Assembly: GCF_031769215.1 (NCBI RefSeq) | Contig: NW_026782088.1 | Span: 310,001-374,000, forward strand | DNA length: 64,000 bases | From: Ylistrum balloti | Taxonomy: Eukaryota | Direction: 5' to 3' | Shown here: positions 25,834 through 38,014 of the stretch, in pieces | Numbering within the stretch: the first letter of the stretch is position 1 | Layout of the letters: each line of letters starts with the position of its first letter | Position numbers and translations under genes: made by a program | Notes under the pieces: generated by a model | Told to the model about the DNA's origin: nothing | What the model saw: only the letters and a program-made list of their open reading frames with translations | Database searches by the model: none

Positions 25834-25839
25834 TTTCAA

Positions 25840-25993
25840 CTGTAAACCGTCTGTACGCGAAATAATTACACAACTAATTGATGACGTTTACTGACAATTT
25901 AATGACGTCATAATGTACGTTTTAATTGTGACGTCACTATCTGGCGTCATTATTCCTAGAACAATCAAACCGTTGATTGTCGTTCCATGACGC
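25840..25993. promoter_or_regulatory. Candidate bidirectional promoter: two CRE octamers and an inverted SOX-motif pair
   Basis: TGACGTCA at 25903-25910 and 25929-25936. ACAATCAA-ACCG-TTGATTGT palindrome at 25961-25980. These lie between the two divergent start codons. Confidence 0.5.
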
Positions 25994-28900
25994 ATGCAAC
26001 ATAGCTTATTGTGCATTGTTAGCGGAACTAAAATGACAGAACAGATGACAAAGAGGACCATTGGAAGCGTGGACCGTGATGTGTCATACCATGAGGATAT
26101 GTTTCGTTCGAAAAAACTGAAAGTGAACTCAGATGAAGGCACTGAACAGACTGCTAAGCAACAACACAATGAGGACCGAAACAACAGCAACTGTCCTGTG
26201 AAAGTAAAGGTAAATGTTTCTGAATGCAACAAACATCCAAAAGTTACTGGTACTGATCCGACTCCATATAGAATTGTTGTTAGCGAGAATCACAAGGACA
26301 GAAATTTTGACGATGAGGCACAAAAAGCATCAACCATACTAAAAAATATAGTGATGGAAAAGATGAATGATAGAATATCTGATTCACAAGAACATTCAAC
26401 ATCAGCTTTTCAAGGAGTTCAGCAACATAATTATCAACCCATGGTACCGTTGACATGCAAAATTCCATTCTCACGCCCAATAGCACCAATACGCTATCTT
26501 CCTGTCCAGAGCAACGTTTATCCACAATTCGTGAGACACAACGCTACTACGGTCGGAAATCTGGCATCACTACCTGCTCAGGTTGGTATGCCAAGAATGG
26601 TTCAACAGCCGGGAAAAACGATGGTCCAGCCAATTCCACCGGTGTCTTCAGTTACGAGAACTTTGCTACCGACATGCGGGGCATTGCCAACAGTTATTCC
26701 AACGTCAACTGGAACAGCCACCCAATCAACAGGAACCATGACGTCGATAAATGATCCTAGTTTGCCAAGTAATGAATACTTCAGCAATATTACTAGCCCG
26801 GCGATTAAAACTACTGTTCAGGTTATGCCTGGTAAGTACAAACATGACATTGATGATATGTATATCTCATACATTACTGTAAACACATATTACTTTAAGC
26901 ATTCATTGGAAAGTGAACGCAAGATATCGAAAATGTATGGTCAGTGTCTTAAATATAAGCTGTGTTTTGGCGAGAGTAAAGAAAGACAGAAGTGGTGAGC
27001 CTCTGGCAAGCGACTTTTGTCTTTCTGTCTCGAGCTTGGTGGAGTACATGTCACAAGTCACGTGTACAGTAACTGTTGTAAAGCTTGATTTAAGAATTTG
27101 TATGTGTAGCTTTACCAGCATCGGAAATAAGACACATAGTGGACTCACGATTTTGGTTTTAAATTTAGAAACTATGATAATAATATCTGAAATCGAAAAC
27201 GTTCTTAAGGATAAACTTTTTTGAGAAGTAAAAAAAAAAAAGTAAATAAGTTATCATTTTTTCTGGTGATAATTTTTGGAAAGGTTGGATTTGAAAAGAA
27301 AAGTAGAAGCAAAAGCATTATATTGTTGCACTACGTTTTTGATACAGGCGTCAGAAAATGTGAAACAGTAAAAAATAAACGTTCACATATTGAGATAAAG
27401 GTGAAGGGGTGGGATGGGGATAACGGAACCTGGTTCGTCAAACCGGGGTGGGTGGGGATAACGGAACCTGGTATCACTTACGGGGGCGTGTGGTGATAAC
27501 GGAACCTGGTATCACTTACCGGGGCGGGTAGTGATAGCGGAACCTGGTATCACATACAGGTGCTGGCTGGGATAATGGGACCTGGTATCACATACCGGGG
27601 TGGGTGGGGATAACGGAACATGGTTCGTCATACCGGGGCGGGTGGGGATAGCGGAACGTTGTATCACATACGGGTGCTGGTGGGGATAGGTGTCAGTTTT
27701 ACCCCCATGGCGGTAGGAGAAAGGGGTACCTGGTACCACAAACTGGGATACCGGGATACTGGAGGATTTATGACCTTAGTTTCCTACTACTTCCAATGCT
27801 TTGCCAAGTGTTTGAAATGTCAGAACCAGCAGCAGTATATCTAAAACTGTCCATGATTAAACACATCGTATGAATGAAATGCTATGTTTTCCACAATACC
27901 AGGCACATCAATGATGTACAAAACCCCAGGCGCAACTTTCAGAAACCGACATGGCAAAGTCAAACGCCCGATGAACGCGTTCATGGTTTGGGCGCGGAAC
28001 TACCGGAGTCGTCTCTCTGAGGAAATGCCACAAGCTTCTAATGCACAAATCAGCGTGCGACTCGGAGAGATATGGGGAAGTATGTCGCTTGCCGAGAAGG
28101 AAAAGTTCTTCAGGGAAGCGGAACGCATCAAGCTGCAACACAACCGAGATTTTCCAGGTAAATAGCTTATTTATCCTTATATATGTCAAAGACTCGGATG
28201 GTTTAAAGTTCAAAGGTCTCATACCCACCAGACATTCTGAGACTTTGTTCCGAAAACTAGATAGTGTAACATTGAAGACAATGCTGCATTTTTTGGAACA
28301 TTTTCTTCAGGTTGGTAATGTCGATAGAATCGAAGTTCTTATAACACAACCAGAAGCAGATTATAGTTTGATGTTTCGATGATTACACGGTCACCTTCAT
28401 CAGACAAATGACCAGTGTGGAGCGTACTAGCACTGATGTACGTTGTGTACGAGATGGTACAGAATCGACAAACTTTTTAGGTTGCACTATAATCCAATGT
28501 ACACCGAGGTTGAAAATAGTGTGACGAGATGGTTAACAGATTATAGACCAAACAAATACACAAGATGGTAACAATGTACTGTAGTCAATTCGACTACCCT
28601 TTGTTTAACACTTGGTCAGAGTTGTGCGAGTCTTATTAAACAAATCCTCAATTTTTTATAGTTTTCATTGATTCAAAATTAAGGATACACATGTATACAT
28701 ACGTATAAAATTAAATCTTTTCCTGATGTACAAAATTGCTATGGGTTAGGAAACCTGAATATTGTTTCTCTCTTTGAGTCGAAGTGACTGAACATCTAGG
28801 AACAAGATGGCGTTTATATATATTAATTATGCTATATCATAGGCAAGTTGTCTTTTAAAGATATATGTAGCGTTTTGAAATGCTCAGTAAAACACTATTT

Positions 28901-31900
28901 ATTTTTAATTTCCATACTCCAGGTTGGGTATACCAACCCAAACAGAAGAAAGTCCAAATTGAGACCCAGCATGACCGCCTTTGGGCGAGATTTGGATCAA
29001 ACTCATGCAAGGAACATCCGACAGAAATGGCAACCAATCCTCCACATGAAGTAGCAACTCATCAAATTGTCACCCCTACTCCAGTGACCGTGTACCCAAA
29101 AACTTCCATTGTCAACACATCCAATGTATGCGTGACGTCTCCACTTCCTTCCTTTTCCCAGCTGACACAGACAGTTACTGGTCCCAAACCAATATTATCC
29201 ATGGAGACAGAAGGACATCAGACGTCGGGGACTAGAGGCAGGGAGTCATTTGACAAAGAATCGATCGGGAGGCCAACAGCCTTCAAGTCAGTGAGCAGCA
29301 GTCAAACACCGGTCGTTACTAGACAAGTTCTATCCAAGAAGGAACATGGCCCAACACTTCAGTTAACATCATCTGCAGTATGCCAATCTCCACTGAAGAT
29401 GACAGCTTCTTCTTTGACAACTAGAGGAAGTCCTGCTAGCGGGAATGTTAGGTCACTGTCCAGTGCAGTGACGGGATGTCCCTCCCCTAAAGGTCGACCG
29501 CCAAGTATTTCCCGTAGAATTCCTCGTAAGTCATATGAATATGATATATAAACCTATGGTAAGGACGTAAAAGAGCTTTGGAGATAGGATTGATAAAACC
29601 TGCTAAAACAATATCTGAAATCTAGTATGATTCTTTGTCATGTGCTTAGTTGCAAAAAATCTTATTCTTTGCTTGAAATATTTCTGTCTACGTCGCACAG
29701 AAATAAGATTTTACCATCGAACATGTTCAGATGGATTGATATTCGTCTCCAGATCAGTGACTGATTTGTTTTACGAGTGTAATAAACGTAAATAGATTAG
29801 TCATGTCGATACACATATAGCTCACAACATTAGTTACCGAAAATTGACATTTAAAAGTATATATATACAAACTTTCCTCGTACCGCAAAAGTCACATTGT
29901 ATCAGTATTAAATGATAGTTAATATTATATCGATGGTACTCAATTTAGTTTCAAATAGTAAAATTAATCTTATATCAAATGGTAGCCAAGTTTACCTAAT
30001 ATAAATAGAGTGTGTTTATGAAAAACTATGCATGCGGTTGCAACAAAATTTTGAAGTGGGACATTAAAACTGCACAATGTAAGGCACGTGCTAATTGCAT
30101 GCACATTTAGTGAAACACTTATGTAGGCCAAAGGTCACGGTCAAAACAATCGGTACCACCAGAAAGGTCTTGTGACAAGGAACACACTTGCCAAATATGA
30201 AAGCCACACCTCTGATGTTGCAATAGTTATGGTCAATGTTTAACTTTTTTTCAAATGTAGGTCAAAGGCCACGATCAAGTTCATATGGTGAAAACTTATG
30301 GTACTATCAGAAAAGTTTTGTCACAAGGAACACACATGCCAAAAAGGAAAGCCCTACCTCTTACGGTGAAATATGTTTGGAGAAGGTTAAAGTTGACTAC
30401 AGACAAACAAATAGACAAACAGACAACATAAAATCAATATTCACCGATCTATCCTCTTCCTGATTTTAACCACAGCTAAGTTTTTTTTTGCAATATAACT
30501 GTATGAACACACTGAATTATCTGTTTTTTTAGATGCACCAGAGATGCTGATTTCCACACAACGGTCCTACAGGGAAGCGATCTTCACCAAGAGCAATTCC
30601 ATTAGTCCACCCAAAACCAAGTCTGTTTCCTCTGGGTAAGCCATAGTGAACTATTCCGAAATACTCTCGTTAAAAAAATACCACTCAGGTTCCCAATCAT
30701 TTTGATAAGAAAACATAAGTTCTGCGATACTTTGTTTTCATTTTCAATTTAAGATTTATTATATAAAGCTGTTTACAGACCCATTTTGAGTACTTCCACT
30801 TCGGACACGATGCTACAGAAAGCAAACGTCACGCCTCTGACAACGACCAGCGACGTCAGAGTGACGGGATCACATAGGGGTAGCGCGGATCCCGTTGACG
30901 AGTTGTGGCCGTTCCCTCTCCCCTCAGTAGAACAGACGCATCACGTGGATGTGCTATATGATGGTAAGACGTTAACCACTATAACGATCAGTGGCGTAGC
31001 AATGTTTTAAGAGTGTATGCTTTCATGAGAGAGTCCAGGAGCCAAGCCCCTGTGGAAGAAAGAATATCAAGGTCAATATTTTCCGTATGTTTCCTGCTTC
31101 TATAGCATTTGATAAAAGTTCATAAACAACTATATGAAACTTTGCCATCTTGAAGCAAATCCCATATTCGTGAGAAAGTGTTTTTAGACAATATTCATCC
31201 TATGGTTGAATGGCATCAAATCAGGCCATAGTCAGCGGTCAGAGTCTAAACAAAGTACCACATCTTTGAAGCAGCTTCTTAATGTCAAGCACACCTCTAT
31301 TTGTGATGACTGATGTGGTCTATTTTTAGATCATCTCCGTTATGAGCGCGACAGTGGCACGGGATTCATTGATCCCTACAACCCGTTTTATTACGACGGC
31401 AGTTATGACGAAACAAGGTCAGGGTTACAGGTCGACGTAAACAGGTGAGTCACGTGTTTACCCGAATATTATTGGTCGTTTGCTTATGCTATTGATTATT
31501 GTATTGGTTTTGAAACGGTGTCATTATTTAGTGACATTGTGATGGTGAATTACATGTCAATATTATACTTTTAAAACTGTGTTATTTTTAAATCGAAGGG
31601 ACTGAAGTGGTTATCTCGTGTATTTTTAACGATAGTACCTATATATAGGCCTATTTGTCAAGGGTCGTAGGTCATATCTGTTTTTAGATAAGACTGACCA
31701 TGGGTCAGTGAGCATCCACGCATTTCTCTCCCGTACAAGTCGTAGTAGAGATAGGACGTTCTCGAATAGTTTCCTGGAATTTTCTGATTCGATGTGTGGT
31801 AGTGGCGCGTAATCTCACGTACGGGAAGTCTTCCCAAGACCCTCTTCATTTGTGAAGAGATTTTTTTTCATAAACGTATTAAGAGAGCATGTGGCGTTAG

Positions 31901-33355
31901 CGTTTTGTTTCATCACTTGTTATTGAAATTTATTAATATCTGCCTTGTTTAGCCAAAGTATCAGCATTCATTTAATGTGTAAACAGCTAGTAGCATCAAC
32001 ATTTGTACAGTGAATGGGTTCAGTGTCACAACCATTTAGATAAGTTTACTCCAAGACGTCCACTTCTAGAACAATGTCACAACCATTTAAATATGTTTAC
32101 TCACAGAATAGTGTTTCAAAGCTATTGTAAACATATCACAGAAAAAAATTAGCAATTATTTTATAATACGTTCCTCCTCCTTCTCAGCATAATGTCATTA
32201 TCATCGTTCTCGCTTTCTTCACAATGCTTGTTGAAATTTTCAAAATGTCTGTTTGGAAATTTAACGAGTTTCCATGTAATCTGGGACTAATAGATAAGTT
32301 CTGTGCATTTTCCATGTAGACTTACAAGATATTTTTTTCTCAGTTGGCAGAAATATTTGAACTACACAAAGATGCAAAGCGAATCGGAGGACAAGACAAA
32401 TCTGACCAAGTACTTTCCTACGCCGCCACCGCTTAGCAATAGCAGCAGCAGCTGGTGTGACCAGATTCCCACTATTACTGACCATAGTGTCCAGCAAGAA
32501 GTCACTCGTCCTAAACAGACTGGAAATGGATCGGACCACGAACCACGCCGCACATCCTCCGAATCTTGTTTTGCGTCTTCTCTGACTAGTGCTATAAACG
32601 TACTTGATGACGTCAGTAATAGCACCGTCGACTACGCCGACGGAAATCACCGTGGTTACCAGCAGAGCAACACATCACAGCCATCAGCAGACGTCGCAGA
32701 TCTGCAGTATCAAAACAATACTCTTCAAGCTTTAGATCTCAGTTCGGGTACTCGAGCACAAACAAGTGCGTCAAATATTGTTTACCTAGGACAGGAAACC
32801 GCTCATATAGGGTCTGGCGATGGTGTCGGATCTATTCCTATGGAGGCGGGAAGTCCACCAGGTAAATCTGAAGATTCGAGACCATTGAAGAAGAGAATAG
32901 AGCGATACAGGAAGGAATTCATCAACGGAAGGCCTTATGTCACAGCAGGTGATGTTCCGACGGGAACTTATCTCGAAGATGTGGTGTTCCTTACATCCCC
33001 AGAGAAGGCAGCAGAAGAAGAGGTTTTGTCTGGTAACTTGTCAAGGCATGCAAATGGGTATACCTCCACCGATCCAACTAGAGACCCTATCACCTCTCAA
33101 GGGATCGTAATAGATGTAGCACATGACTTTGTCAAATCGCTTAAATCGGGCGCAGTTATCACCGATCTTACTCCCGTAAATATGACAAACGTGAAGTCAA
33201 TCCATATTGATGCCAAAGCTGTTGAACGTGCAACAAACCAGAACCGAGACAACAGTACAGAAAGAATGAGAGATACCGAAAAAGGTTTAGAAGTTGTGAA
33301 TTACACTGAACCTTGTAAAGTCAATATAAAGGAAGAAGTGTTGGGTGATCACTAA
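25994..33355 (+). CDS. SOX30: SoxH / SOX30-like HMG-box transcription factor; join(25994..26831,27903..28157,28923..29525,30533..30635,30779..30963,31330..31444,32344..33355), 1036 aa
   Basis: All six introns are GT-AG and phase-compatible (total 3111 nt). The HMG box VKRPMNAFMVWARNYRSRLSEEMPQASNAQISVRLGEIWGSMSLAEKEKFFREAERIKLQHNRDFPG|WVYQPKQKK ends in the FPGWVYQP motif characteristic of SOX30/group H. AATAAA at 33558. An alternative start ATG lies at 26033. Confidence 0.85.
27405..27700. repeat. G-rich degenerate ~36-bp tandem repeat in SoxH intron 1
   Basis: Recurring GGGATAACGGAACCTGGTATCAC...GGGGTGGGT units. Confidence 0.8.
29990..30420. repeat. Interspersed non-autonomous repeat with two internal units (GGTCAAAGGTCA...AAAGGTCTTGTGACAAGGAACACAC...GAAAGCC) in SoxH intron 3
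   Basis: Two related internal copies at ~30130-30215 and ~30260-30360. The resemblance to mollusc Helentron-like elements is from recall. Confidence 0.5.
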
Positions 33356-33829
33356 ATTTGCTCAGTGACGGTTTATTCAGAAGTGTTAGACATTTATTGA
33401 CACCGTTTCCGTGCTAGTAACATGCATGGATCTTTGTGTCATTTTACATAACTTGTAACTTTACCGTTGTAACCTTATGACGTCACCTGTCATTAGATTG
33501 TTTCAATATTACACCCGTTTCTGGAATTCACATTTCTTTGTTTTCATTCTATGTTTCAATAAATGTTTCGAGTGCCACAGTCCCTTACCTGTAATCGAAC
33601 AATCAACTTAAAAACAATTTACCGCGTTTTTTTTCCTCCGGTTGCCTCTGAGAAGCTAAAAGTCAAGTGATCTCCCTCACAAACATTATGTTAAAGTTTC
33701 TCAGTGCTCACTTGAGTTCGCCATCCAATGAAATTAAATTGAGAATACTCATCTTAATAATACCGGCGACGTTTTCAGATTAATTGTGCACGTCAAGGTA
33801 CGTAGACACGTAGTCATCAAATCACCCGT

Positions 33830-34020
33830 TCATATCTGTATTTTCACGTTGATATCTGTATTTTCACGTTGATATCTGTATTTTCAAGTTAATATCTGTA
33901 TTTTCACATTGATATCTGTATTTTCAAGTTGATATCTGTATTTTCACGTTGATATCTGTATTTTCAAGTTAATATCTTTATTTTCACGGTGATATATGTA
34001 TTTTCACTTTGATATCTCTA
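33830..34020. repeat. 20-bp minisatellite (GATATCTGTATTTTCACGTT)
   Basis: About 9 tandem units. Confidence 0.9.
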
Positions 34021-35584
34021 TTTTGATTTTGTAAGACCTAGAAAGCTATTAAGTAATGTTTCCCATCATCGCTCCTTTCGATTGGCGAACAAGAAACGTA
34101 ATTCTTCCAAGTTTGTATGGAAACTTCGTATGGAAGAATTTGTGAATGAACTGAGCCAGTGAAAACTATTTCGTTCTACTGAAATTGATGAACTAAAGTT
34201 CGAGAAGGACGGAGTAAAGGCTGCACTGGCTATTATCGTATGTGTTTTTGTTCCAAGTTTTCAGGTTAGAGGTGGTAGATATAACTAGTAGACTTAAGTC
34301 TCAGAAGCTTTGCCAAAGCCTGATGCTTGCCATGTTTTAATTAATTAGAATGATGACACGGTTCAGAATATACATACGTACATCATGTTCTTTCCAACTT
34401 TTTAAAAATAATTAAATATTTAAAAAGGATTAAATCCATTGAATTTTGAGGCTAGTGCAACTCCTCATCTACATTTTAATATTTCTTGTGACCTTTCGAC
34501 CCTGACTCGCCTGTTAAGTTTCAAAGCTTTGGGTCCCTAGCATCACCGCCGAGATCTAAAAGGACGAATCAGCTTTATTATGCAGTTTAATTGTGATCAT
34601 TGTTTAGTACTACTGTATCTAGTTCTGTGCATAAAGGTTCTATGATATCATTTTACAATCATTTGTCAACGAGAAAAGACGCTATTTATCATCCGTGGTC
34701 ACATATAATCTAGACATGACAGCTTGAACGGTAACATTGCTTGCTAACTGTTAATTAGGGTCAAAGAAATATATTTGTTTCTCAAGATAACGGAGTTTCC
34801 TCTTCAGTCATGACTGTGTCCTTAGACCAAATATTTCACTGAAATTGCTCTGGATAGCACACGACACGACGCTGCATGATGTTCAATTAAATAACCACCT
34901 AGTTTCAGGATACAGATTACACCATGTAAGTTTTTTGACGGTTAATCGCTGAGACAAACTAATATTTCTGATGTGATCATTTGTTGGCCTTTCCATATCC
35001 TTCCCATTTGTTATACGTTTCGGGTAGGATAGCGTGTCTTTGACACGCCGCTTAACGAAACACTAATGCCATTTATTACTCGCCTGCTACTCATCGACCG
35101 GTCCAAAAGTCAAGACACCACTACGACTTTGTTTTAGGAGTCGCACTTTAAATTAGGCGAGTGTAAAAAAGTACCAGTCGTACCTTGCGAGCATCGCCTC
35201 AGTCGCCAAACTTCCACATTCCTCTCTGGAGATGGCTTACCGAATTGCAATTTCAAGCAACGAGTCTGTTAAAATCGCCCTATATCTGTTATCCGTCTTT
35301 TAAATAATTCTTATCATCGCTAGTTGACAGTGGGGCTGATCATAACAACAAAATGGCTGACAGGGGGCCATGTTTGATTTTGACAATGAAAATTAGTTAT
35401 CGCTATTCTCTATTACCATTAGCGACCTATAATCACTATTTCTTGACAGTAACTGGATGTTTTTTCTCGACTCATAAACAATGTCTAGAATTCTCTATAT
35501 CTTGTACTGCTTTTAATTTCAATCTTCACAACCCTTCTTCTGTAGGAATGCATGCATGGATCATGGATTATGTCTTCATTTAGT

Positions 35585-36330
35585 CTGAAGCATCCTTGGC
35601 TTAAGAGGAATCAAATTTGTATAAATGGCGTGGCTCCCATAGGGGAAATAGAGGATTTTTTTTAAAAATCTGTAAAAATGCCTGCATTCTGTCCTAATTT
35701 GGTCAGATGCCTGATTTGGTAAAGAGAATCAATCTGTCCCCTGAGGCTGGAAGGGCAGGGCCCCATAGAACAAATACTTTAATAACATATCCTTCTTCAG
35801 CAGGAATTCTGTCCCAATTTGGTCTGAAACATTAGGTAAAGCGAACTCAATATTGCATAAATTGTGGCTCACGGCATTTTGCCAAACCTTGGCCAGAGTC
35901 CAATAGAGGAAATAGAGGAATTTCTTTTAAATCCCTCTATAGAAAAGCTTGGCTTCTGTCCCAATTTTGTCTGAAGCATCCATTGGTGAAAGGGAATCAA
36001 CTGTTTGTAAATTGTAGGACTTGGCCGTTTGGGGCGGGGTCCACCAGGAAAATCTTTCTAATGTTTATGTAGTCCTTCCTCTGCTGGAAGAATATCAGGA
36101 TTTAATTCCAATTTGATCTAAAGTACTCTTGGGTGAAGAAGATTTTAAAGAAAATAATTTGGCTGTCCCTCCGGGAAACAGACGGTACAGCCCAAGGGGG
36201 AAAGATATTAATCTTTAGAATTTCTTTTCCGTGAGCAACCTCAGATCAGTGGTAAAGGCCCTTGCCAATTGGCCAATCAAGACCTCTTGTAATTTCGAGA
36301 CTAATCAGAAAAAGCAAAATGGCTGGAAAA
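35585..36330 (+). repeat. Interspersed repeat with degenerate internal tandem units (same family as 1-330 and 50750-51090)
   Basis: Repeated GTCCCAATTT(T)GGTCTGAAGCATCC..GGT(G)AAAG(G)GAATCAA motifs. Confidence 0.55.
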
Positions 36331-37239
36331 CACAATCATCAAGGATTCTGAAAGAGTTAAATTGTAATCACTATCTCTTAAGAACTTCTCAAATCTCAAA
36401 TTCATTCATCGTTCAACTTTGTCCCTATCATAGTTGTACTTTATCAGAAAATAGCATGGAAACAAAATGGTTGACAGGCGACCATTGTTGCTATTTATTC
36501 AGAGGTTCTGTAAAATTTCTTACAATTAAAAGCAAATTTAAGAAACGTAGAGAAAAGATGCAACTTTTTAAGAGTATGTAATGATCATGGTGAGTACCAA
36601 GATCCCTCTGTGATCTCAGCTCTCGCTCGGTATGCTATTGATGAGATGCAAAAAGATAAAAACAATGTACATTAGTTGAAAATTCTTCAAGATTTCATTC
36701 TAACAAGTAATATGAACAGAGATCATCAACAGGGAAAATCATTCTTAAATGAAAACAAAGCATTAAAGATTTACTGTATTACTGGTTTAATAGCACAATT
36801 ATTTGACCACCAATCATATCATTTGAGAATATAGGTGTAGAATACAACATACCACAAACAATTATTCCTGACACTGCAGTCCTTAAAAACAAGTCATCAG
36901 TTGCACTATACTTTCACAAGTGGATGTGACACAGTACAATCTTTCAGTGGCCATATAATGATACAATTCTGTTTTCTTGTAAAAGTGTCTGCAGTTAACT
37001 GATCAAGAATCAAATGCCAGGAAATATCAAAGCATTTTAAATACATTGCTGTATCATTATCAATATTCATCATAATTAATACCAAGAGATCATATCATAA
37101 ACCTTAGATAAAGATTGTTATCTAGAAGTCACGTCAACTCATCACAACACAACTGGTAATCACAGACGAGTCATATTAAGCAAAGTTATCTCTCCAAAAA
37201 AAGAATGTAGAAGTAAAATATGGTTCATTAACTGAAGAA

Positions 37240-37600
37240 ATACTGACTTGGTAGTCAAGTACGGTAGTAGTATAACCAGGTTTTACTGTAAAAAGACAGA
37301 CTTAGTAGTGAAGTACGGTGGTAGTAAAACCAGGTTTTATGGTAGAAATACTGACTCAGTAGTGAAGTACGGTGGTAGTATAACCAGGTTTTATGGTAGA
37401 AATACTGACTTAGTAGTGAAGTACGGTGGTAGTATAACCAGGTTTTATGGTAGAAATACAGACTCAGTAGTGAAGTACGGTGGTAGTATAACCAGGTTTT
37501 ATGGTAGAAATACTGACTCAGTAGTGAAGTACGGTGGTAGTATAACCAGGTTTTATGGTAGAAATACTGACTCAGTAGTGAAGTACGGTGGTAGTGCCCT
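37240..37600. repeat. 54-bp minisatellite
   Basis: About 6.5 units of GTAGTGAAGTACGGTGGTAGTATAACCAGGTTTTATGGTAGAAATACTGACTCA. It explains the ORF at 37248. Confidence 0.92.
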
Positions 37601-38014
37601 ATTTCTGATATCTGGAAAGTAGGATTGCGTAGTGTATCATTCTACTGCATGTAAACACTTCTGAAATGCAGGATCTGAACCCAGTTAACACACCCAGGAG
37701 TATACATGTGTTTGTATGTCTGACTAAAATTTGATGTAAAAAGAATAATTCTCATACATGAAACAGAAAAATTTATCACATTTTGCACTCAATGTGAAAT
37801 CAAACTAAAAAACTTGTAAACAAAAGCAACTCCTTGTTGCAAGAATGCGAGCAAACATCAGCTTTGAAATATTTCTGATGTTTATAACAACTTCTTTGGT
37901 TTTCAGGAACTGTTCAGAAAGATACAATAATGTCAGTATCCTATTATACTTCCTTATGGAAAAATTTCCCTGGTTGGTAGCATCTTGCCATGGCTTCTTC
38001 TGGAATAAGCATGG

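Noticed and set aside
25484-26232. ORFs 25484..25894 (+) and 25888..26232 (-)
   Set aside because: They are antisense shadows of the orphan-gene exon and SoxH exon 1.
26832-26998. C-terminal 55 codons of the 334-aa ORF at 25994
   Set aside because: This is readthrough into intron 1. The strong donor CCTG|GTAAGT at 26832 is in phase with the HMG-box exon.
37248-37622. 124-aa ORF with VVKYGGSITRFYGRNTDS repeats
   Set aside because: It is a translation of a 54-bp minisatellite 3' of UNG. The similarity of its GGTTTTATGGTAGAAA to the 6461 inverted repeat is short and probably chance.
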